Below, piece after piece: positions 55,690 to 64,000 of a DNA stretch of 64,000 nt. Each line of letters begins with the position of its first letter. Within the stretch, counting starts at the first letter, position 1. The stretch comes from Octopus sinensis (lineage: Eukaryota). Under the pieces are notes generated by a model, which was not told where the DNA came from, searched no databases, and saw only the letters and a program-made list of their open reading frames with translations. A program made the translations under genes and the position numbers. Location of the stretch: positions 40,064,464 through 40,128,463 of the forward strand of contig NC_043011.1 of NCBI RefSeq assembly GCF_006345805.1, in the 5' to 3' direction.

Positions 55690-56098
55690 TTTACTCTCTT
55701 TTACTTGTTTCAGTCATTTGACTGTGGCCATGCTGGAGCACGGCCTTTAGTTGAGCAAATCGACCCCGGGACTTATTCTTTGTAAGCCCAGTACTTATTC
55801 TATCTGTCTCTTTTGCCGAACTGCTAAGTGACGGGGATGTAAACACACCAGCATCGGTTGTCAAGCAATGCTAGAGGAACAAACACAGACACACAAACAT
55901 ATACATACACATACATACATATATATACATATATACGACAGGCTTCTTTCAGTTTCCGTCTACCAAATCCACTCACAAGGCATTGGTCGGCCCGAGACTA
56001 TAGCAGAAGACACTTGCCCAAGATGCCACGCAGTGGGACTGAACCCAGAACCATGTGGTTGGTAGGCAAGCTACTTACCACACAGCCACTCCTGCGCC
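55690..56098 (-). mobile_element. Full-length tRNA-derived SINE, family A (about 410-450 bp; most abundant repeat here)
   Basis: Head ggcgcaggagtggctgtgtggtaag with B box gggttcagtccc, internal TA/TG tract, tail tgactgaaacaagtaaaagag. About 20 copies in the window, e.g. 5572-5925+, 8825-9195-, 11765-12145-, 17795-18085+, 23095-23535-, 29945-30392+, 45040-45440-, 47375-47790-, 50955-51370-, 63320-63676-. Confidence 0.88.
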
Positions 56099-59000
56099 TA
56101 TTGTTTCAATTAACTTTAAAAATAATGAAACATTTAGTAAATTAACTTTGTCACTATTAAGCTGGAGTTTGAAACAGATTAACATAAAATTTTGATCGAC
56201 ACTTTTAATTTAAATTACTTTGAAACAAGAAGTTTTCTATCAAAGAGCCGGAAGCTGTACCAGACAGGTTGGTACCAGGTTTGCCTCTTTTGTTACCATA
56301 TTTCTCTGACATTCACTGCCTTTTTCTCAATTAATTCCGAAAATCAAACCATTTAATAAAATAACTATCATAAAGGCATGGCTGTGTGGTAAGACACTTG
56401 CTTCCAAACCACATGGTTCTGGGTTCAGTCCCACTGTGAGGCACCTTGGGTAAGTGTCTACTATAACCTTAAGCTGACCAAAGCCTCAAGAGTGGATTTG
56501 GTAGACAGAAACTGAAAGAAGCCAGTTATGTACATATATGTGTGTGAGTGTGTATGTGTGTCATTGGTCTCTGTATTTGTCCCCACCTCCATCACTGCTT
56601 GACAACCAGTGTTGGTGTGTTTATGTCTGTAACTTAGCCAATCAGCAAAAAGACCAATAGATCAATTCGGTGCTCCAGCGTGGCTACAGTTGAATGACTG
56701 AAACAAGTAAAAGAATAAAAGAATAATTAAACTGAAAATTAATTCTGAAAAAGGCGGTGAGCTGGCAGAAATGTTAGGACACCAGGCAAAATGCTTAGTG
56801 GCATTTCGTTTGCCGTTACATTCTGAGTTCAAATTCCGCCAAGGTCGACTTTGCCTCTCTCATTCTTTTGGGGTCGATAAATTAAGTACCAGTTATGCAC
56901 TGGAGTTGATGCAATCAGCTTAATACCTTTGTTTGTCCCGTCTATGTTTAGCCCCTAGTGGGCAATAAAGAAATAAGAATAATTAAGTTGAAAACAAGAA
57001 GGTTGTGTCACAGAACCAGAAGCTGTACCAGATTGGTTGATACCAGACTAAAGCCTTTCGTTATCTTTATTTCTCTTGAAATACATTGCTCTTCTTTCAA
57101 TTAATTTTGAAAACCATGAAGAATTCAATAAGATAACTATCAAAAAGAGGTCAAAAACAAAAAAAGTTTGAGACACAGAACCAGAGGTAGTGTTAGGCAG
57201 GTTGGAGTCAAAAGGATTGAATTTGAGGAAAAAGAATTTCAAAAAGGTTTTGGACCTACAGAAGAGCACCTCAATACTTCAACAGTCCATCTGTTGCCAA
57301 CCCTTAAAATAGATTAATAACATAAGCTCTACTATGGAGTCATGAAGTAATGCTTGAACAGAGTTTGAACTAATAACCTTTCCCTGCAGCTACCACCACA
57401 TGCAGACATTATAACATATATATGTTTAATAACGATAATAATAATAACAACAACAACAACAGCAATAATAATAATGAATAAAAATACAAAAATACATGAA
57501 AAGGGAAAAGAGGAAACTTCAGGCAATATTTATGACAAGCAAGGTCAACAGATTAAGGTTGAAAGGGTGGAAAGTGATGCATTTTTTTGTTGTTTTTTTT
57601 TTATTTTACAACTGAACTTTTAATAAACTGCTATAATTTTATATGCTATAATGCCAGCAGATATATAGACAGTTAACAATAAGGTCAGGCCAACATGATA
57701 AAATAGAGATGTCATTGATGATGATGACGATGATGATGGTGGTGGCGGTGGTGCCGAAGAACAAGGAAATAAACCAACGATTGAATGCTAAGTTTAGGAC
57801 CTACAATCAGTAGCACTAATGCCCTCTGATTTGTCCTGGGATTGGTTTGGCAACCCCCACCCCATCCAGATAGTGTTCACAGAATGTGTGAGTCAACATT
57901 AAGGTGTAATGGGAACAAGCATGCATGTAAAAAAAACCTATACCAAACTACTTTTTTAGTTCATTTCCTAATTGTCGAAAAGGCACCAATTTTGAAAATT
58001 GCGGCTGTGGGTTGGGGTAGGTCACATCCCCTGCTCCTCTATTAGCTGTGTCACTGGCTGACATGCAAAAATCTTTGTGCTGGTCACACAGGGCTCAAAT
58101 CAATCGGAAGCTGGAGAAGTTTAAGTGTTATTTTTATTGATTATTTATTTTGTTGCATTCATCCAGCTGTCAAGAATTAATAAGAAATTATCAGGGAAAT
58201 ATTATCTGCTGTAGACTAGTGTCCTATTGCTGGGAAGGTTTACCATTTATTTCTCATTAGATTCATGCCAAGAAAGCAGAGATAAGCACTGGTTCTTAAA
58301 AGTCAAGGCAATACATGTGTTCTTATATGGTGAATTGTTGTTGTTTAGCATCTAGTCAGCCCTGATTGATCTGAGTTATGATTAAAGAAGGAACTATCAT
58401 TTAAGCTGTGGCTATTCCATCTGTTCAGACAGTCTATTTATGATTACATTAACCAATATGTTCTTCCAATTTTTAAAAATGTAAATCATTGCTATTTTGG
58501 AGAGATTTGCTGCTATTTCTAGTAGGTCAGGTGCCTGAATAGCTTCCCTTATTGGTTTGTTGTAAAGTGCTTGACTGTATGGCAATGCAAGGAAACAATT
58601 ATAGAAAAGTTAGTGTTGATATCTAATCTTGGTTTATTTAATACTGTTATATGGGATTAGTAAAATTGCAGTAAAGGTATTTTGTTTCCAGGCATCACTA
58701 CTGCAATCACGACCAGTTCTCAGCAAATATGTTTACAGTATAAGAATAAACAATACCTACAAGGTGCTGACAGACAGCCAAAACACGGCTGATAAGCTCC
58801 AGGGGAAGGGGTGCATTCTCCAACCAAATACTCCAGATTGTAGAAGGTGCTACATGAAAACCTGTCAAGACCCACTACCTTGATGATTACACCACTGACC
58901 CAGTATTTGGCTTTTGACTTTTGTATGTTAAATTTCTAATTGCAAGCAGCACCATGAATGTTAGTTTGATCAAAGCAGCGCTACTCAAAGTGGTGGTCTG

Positions 59001-59529
59001 CGGACTGGTGCCGGTCCATGAGCCATCACTTGCTGGTACATGGCGAGTTTCCAGAAAAGAAAGAAACATTATAGAAAATTGTCAACTTTTATTATATTCA
59101 TGATATATATCGTTTCCGGTATAAATAAATATTATTAAGAAATATTACCAGTCCCTGGCACGTTGAAAAAAAGGTGAAGTAACAAAACTGAAACCCTTAT
59201 AAATATGACTGGGCCAATAGTATTTTATGCTATATTTAGGGTATTAAAAACAGAGAAAGGATCAAACTGCCCGACATGAGCTATACTTTTACTTTATTTT
59301 CAAAATTCACAAAACTGCTTTTCTAAAAGATTTTAAACCACTCTGATTAATAAATTCTTATATTCAAAACACACACATATATACATATATATATGCAAAA
59401 ATACATATACATATGCACACACATACACACACACATATGTATGTATATCACATGATCGACTGGACTATCAGATGTTATATATCACTGGTCATAATGTGCT
59501 TTGCACACATATATATACACATACATATA

Positions 59530-60556
59530 TGATGCTTGTAAACGGTCCATGTCTCACATAAGTAAAGGAGCAATGTCAGTACACATGTACGGTACACAGC
59601 AATTTTTGCTTGTCTTTTGATGTCGTACTGGGACCAGACGCAAGACTGAAGTGACCAGAAGGAATCAGTTGCTCTCTGCAGCCTGAAAGATATTTCATCA
59701 TCCAGGGAGAAAGAACGTCTGAGTGTGCTGCCCAGGTAGACAAACTTGCCTACCACTTTCAGTAGTGTTCCTTCAACTAAGATAGCTGGTTCCACATATG
59801 GATTTCCTGGTGCAGGCTGGAACATTACAACGGTCTTGTCCAGGCTAATGCTGAGTCCAAGTGTCTTGCAAGAAGCAGAAATATGATTCTTAAGTATTTG
59901 CATATCATCCAATGTATGAGGGACTAAGTCACTGTCATCTGCATAAAGGAGGTCATGAATAAGAGACTGGAAAACTTTTAAACTGGCAGCAAATCAGCAC
60001 AGATTAAAGAAGTGGTCAGAAGATCAATACCTGACATATATTCCCAGAAAGTTAACCATAGCAAAAGCATGAGTAAAAGCAGCAGCAAAGTACAAAGAAA
60101 AGAGAACTGGGGCAAGGATGTCACCTTGCTTGACACCATTCTCTACAGGAATGGGTCCCGCCATGCCTCTACCAACATCGACTCAAGCCTCCATCCCATC
60201 TGAGATTATTTAATTATAGATACAAAGTGATCTGGACATCCAAGTTTACCAAGTATTTTCCATAGCAAGACTCTATTCACAGCATCAAAGGCCTTGGTTA
60301 AATCAATGACTACCTGGACAAGATCCATATTCTGCCCATAGCACTTCTCCTGCTATCTGTCTTGCTGTGAAAATCATATCCATTGTCCCTCTATCAGATC
60401 GGAAGCCACGTTGGGATTCAGATAGGACATCATTTATGGGACACCCATTCAGGAGGGTAAGAAGAATATTTGTCAGAACCTTGCCAGCAGCTGATAGTAG
60501 AGCAATACCTCTGTAGTTACCACACATTATTCTGGCTCCTTTTCCTTTATGGAGAA
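59530..60556 (-). mobile_element. Decayed RTE-clade LINE reverse-transcriptase fragment
   Basis: RT motifs in order across frameshifts: CGNYRGIALLSAAGKVL, LSESQRGFRSDRGTMDMIFTARQI, IDLTKAFDA, NGVKQGDILAPVLF, HDLLYADD, GLSISLDKT, KFVYLGS, LLYLCETWT. Truncated at both ends. Confidence 0.92.
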
Positions 60557-61167
60557 GAAGCCTACATTAATAAGTTCAAGAAGGGACTATATGATGTAAT
60601 CACCACCAAATCGCAAGACCTCAGCACAAATTCCATCCCTTCCAGGTGCCCTACCAAGATTCAATTTACTTATAGCTGTCATTACATATATATACACACA
60701 CACACATATGTATATCACATGATTGACCAGGCTATCAGATGTTATACATCACTGGCCAGAATGTGCTTTGCATTGTTTTAGCTTTTGAGTGATTGCCATC
60801 CTGCTGGCTAAGCAAGTAAGCCATCATTCCCAGCCAATCAGAAGGCTATTCCACTGCAGGCTTACATGTTTACAGCTGAGTGGACTGGAGCAACATGAAA
60901 TAAAGTGCCTTGCTCAAGAACACAATGTGCAGCCGGTCTGGGAATTGAAACCATGATCTCACAATCATGAGTGCAACATGCCTAACTAGTCCACATGCCT
61001 TCACACACACAAACAAAAGGATTTACTGTAGGTTAGTTCTAATCGACTTAGCTGATAATTTCAACCATAAAGCATTGGTCAGCCATGTAGAAGACACTTG
61101 GCCAAAATGAACCTGAAATTATGTGGTTGTGAAGTGAAATTCTTAAACAAACTGCCTTGTCTATAGA

Positions 61168-61488
61168 GGAGCACTCCATCAGTTATGACGAAGAGGGTCC
61201 CAGCTGATAGATATGATCAATGGAACAGCTTCCTCACAAAATTAACGTGCAAGTGACTGAGCACTCCACAGACACATGTACCCTTAACGTAGTTCTCAGG
61301 GAGATTCAGCACGATACAGCATATGACAAGGTGGGCCCTTTTGAATAAGATACTACTCATATTTGCCAGCTAAGTGGAGTAGAGCAACATGAAATAAAGC
61401 GTCTTGCTCAAGGACACAACACATTGCCAGAAATTGAACACACAACCTTAAGATCGTGAGCCGAATGCCCTAACCACTAAGCCATGCA
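61168..61488 (-). mobile_element. tRNA-derived SINE, family H (same core as C, different tail)
   Basis: Shares ctggagcaa..tgaaataaagtgtcttgctcaaggacacaac with family C but has a distinct tail. Copies at about 24490-24790 and 55087-55400. Confidence 0.8.
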
Positions 61489-62685
61489 CATTGCCTATAA
61501 CCCATTTAATTCCAAGATTAAAACAAAAAATTATTTTATATGAGACTCCGCTAATAAATAGACAAATGTTGAAAAAAAAAAAAAACAGTGATTTTAACTC
61601 ACAGCATTCAATTATTAAACATTCATTATTGGAATGAATAAATAAAATTGAATATTAAGTATTTATGGTATTATGATTTACTGTTGGGTGACTTTTGGCC
61701 AACCCTGTATATTACAGAGCATGGCACCAATTTTTTTTTTTTTGTAAAACATAAGGATGAAGAATTTTTTCATCAACTTTCAGTGTAAGGTGGCACAGAG
61801 CTACAAAATGTTGAGTAGCTCTGCTTTAACGTGACCTTCCCTTATGTCAGACAGTAGGATATGATTTGAAGCAGATTCGTTTGTTATTTCTAGCAGGTCA
61901 AGTGACCAAGTGGTGACTGCTAAAGCTGGTGCTGGCAGACAGTTCTCTATTAATTAGCTGTAAAGGCCAACCAACAGGAAATCGGTTCAGAATATATTCT
62001 TACATAATAGGAAAGAGAAAGGGCTTATTGGTTAACTGTGTCATATACAATATCTTCTTCCTTGCAGTAATTGGATCATGTCGAGTAGAGTGCATTGTGA
62101 TTCCTTTTATTTTTGTTTTCTTTTTTAAAGTACATAGGGGAGGCATGGTTGGGTGGGTAAGAAGCTAGCTTCTTAACCACTTGGTTTTTGGTTCAGTCCC
62201 ACTATGTGGAACCTTGCGTAAATGTCTTCTGTTACAGCTGTGGGACATCTTATCTCTGGTGAGGGAATGTGGTGGACAGACAGCATGAAACCCCTCATAA
62301 TGTGTGTGCGTGTGTATGTGAATATATACATATGTGTGTGTGTGTGTGAAGGCTCAGTGGTTAGATTGTCAGGTTCACAATCATGAGGTAGTGAGCTCGA
62401 TTCCCAGACCAAGCTGTGTGTTGTGTTCTTGAGCGAGACACTTTATTTCACATTGCTCCAGCTTAGAAATGAGTTGCAACATCATTGGTGCTGAGCTGTA
62501 TCAGCCCCTTTGCTTTTCCCTTGAAACATTGGTGGTATGGGGAGGGGAGGCTGGAATGCATAGGTGACTGATGGTCTTCCATAAACAACTTTACCTGGAC
62601 TTCTGCTTCAGAGGGTAACTTTCTAGGTGCAATCCCATGGTCATTCATGACCAAAGGAGGTCTTCATCCTTGGTGTGTGTGTGTG

Positions 62686-62716
<31 letters not shown>

Positions 62717-64000
62717 GTCATAGGCTTTCTGCAGTTTTCATTTTCAAAATTTTCTCACAGGGGATATACACAGATACAGATCTGTCTATCTATGTGTGTG
62801 TGCATGTATGCATGAATGTTGGTATCCTATGTTTGCCACTGGCTGAGTAAAGCAGAGGTGACATTATGACAGATCACTCCATGCTCTTGAAGACCCATGG
62901 AATTATATAAACATTAAAAAAAACCTAACTTGGAAGACAGCTAAGGGTTAGCCACAGTAAAAGCATCTGGCTGTTTAATTTCACTAGAAAATCTACTTCC
63001 TATCCTGACCATAGCAATATGGAAAACTAGAAATTAAATGAATGAATGAATGAAGAAAAAACAGTTAAAACCTTTTAATTGTAGTAATCAATCTCATATG
63101 TCTTGGAAAGCCTGTTAAGGTCATGGACATCATCCCATTCTGTGTGTGTGTGTGTGTGTATGAGAGAGAGAGAGAGGGGGGTAGAGGGAGAGAGTGGTTT
63201 TCATCATCAAACCATAATATTTCCATTTGTCAAAGAAAAGTCTTTAATAATTCTTGAGTGGAAAAATCTTAACACTTTAATACAAGCACCACACTATGTT
63301 ACTTCTCTTTTATCCTTAATCTTTTACTTGTTTCAATCATTTGACTGTGGCCATGCTGGGGCACTGCCTTGAAGAATTTGTAGTCGAATAGAATGACCCC
63401 TGTACTTATTTCCAGTTTAAACCAGGTACTTATTCTATTGGTGTCTTTTGACAAACTGCGAAGTTACAGTGACATAAACACACACCAACATCAGTTGCCA
63501 AGCAGTGGTAGGGGACACAGACATACATATGACGGGCTTCTTTTAGTTTCCATCTACCAAATCCACTCACAAGGCTTTATAGTTGGCCTGAGGCTATAGT
63601 AGAAAACACTTGACCAAGGTGTCATGCAGTGGGACTGAGCTCAGGGCCATGTGGCTGGGAAACAAGCTTCTTACCATTATCCAAAAAAAAAAGCGTTGTT
63701 GGAGATCGGTTCTGAAAAAAGTTTTTCCTTTATAAGCTTTTTGCCATATTGCCGAATATCAATGATGAGGAGGTTGCATTGAGGGTGATTTTGATCCACT
63801 AACTAATCAAGGGCAATGCTCTCTGCTTCGAACACATTAACGAAAATAACTAAGTAAATAAATAAATAAATATATCACAAAAATTTAAGAAGCATTAAAT
63901 TCTCATTCCTCATTTCCATACTTTCTGGACAAAAACATTTGTATATGTTTTATTCATATTTTATTCAATTTTATTTTGTTTCCATTCATCTTTTCCATTT

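Noticed and set aside
59430-60775. About 70-bp direct repeats flanking the RTE fragment as LTRs or TSD
   Set aside because: They are diverged tails of a SINE family; the right copy continues into a SINE head near 61000.
41314-64000. Upstream CDC40 exons (expected ..DP..KEV.YNP.YE..FAP motif and start codon)
   Set aside because: Not found by eye on the minus strand; they probably lie beyond the window, making this intron longer than 22 kb. A diverged short exon could have been missed.

Overview
Eukaryotic, AT-rich, repeat-saturated genomic DNA. The SINE, MITE and microsatellite landscape looks like a coleoid cephalopod (probably Octopus); that assignment is inference. The only host gene I can support is CDC40/PRP17 (second-step splicing factor) on the minus strand. 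Five internal exons (41184-41313, 26665-26745, 17407-17549, 13540-13636, 9280-9494) splice in frame through GT-AG introns to 222 aa; the 5' exons and most WD40 exons lie outside the window. The rest is intron, filled with several tRNA-derived SINE families, TTAA (piggyBac-type), hAT and Tigger-like MITEs, decayed RTE and R4/Dong LINE fragments, and microsatellites, which explain essentially all ORFs in the supplied track. Most notable unexplained features: a fossil tandem tRNA-His-like array, hammerhead-ribozyme-like motifs (including a back-to-back pair), a frame-compatible candidate poison exon ending in UGA, a 72-bp palindrome near an exon, and a long-TIR foldback element. No prokaryotic-type system (CRISPR, operon) is present. 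Repeat boundaries are approximate and repeat family letters are my own labels.
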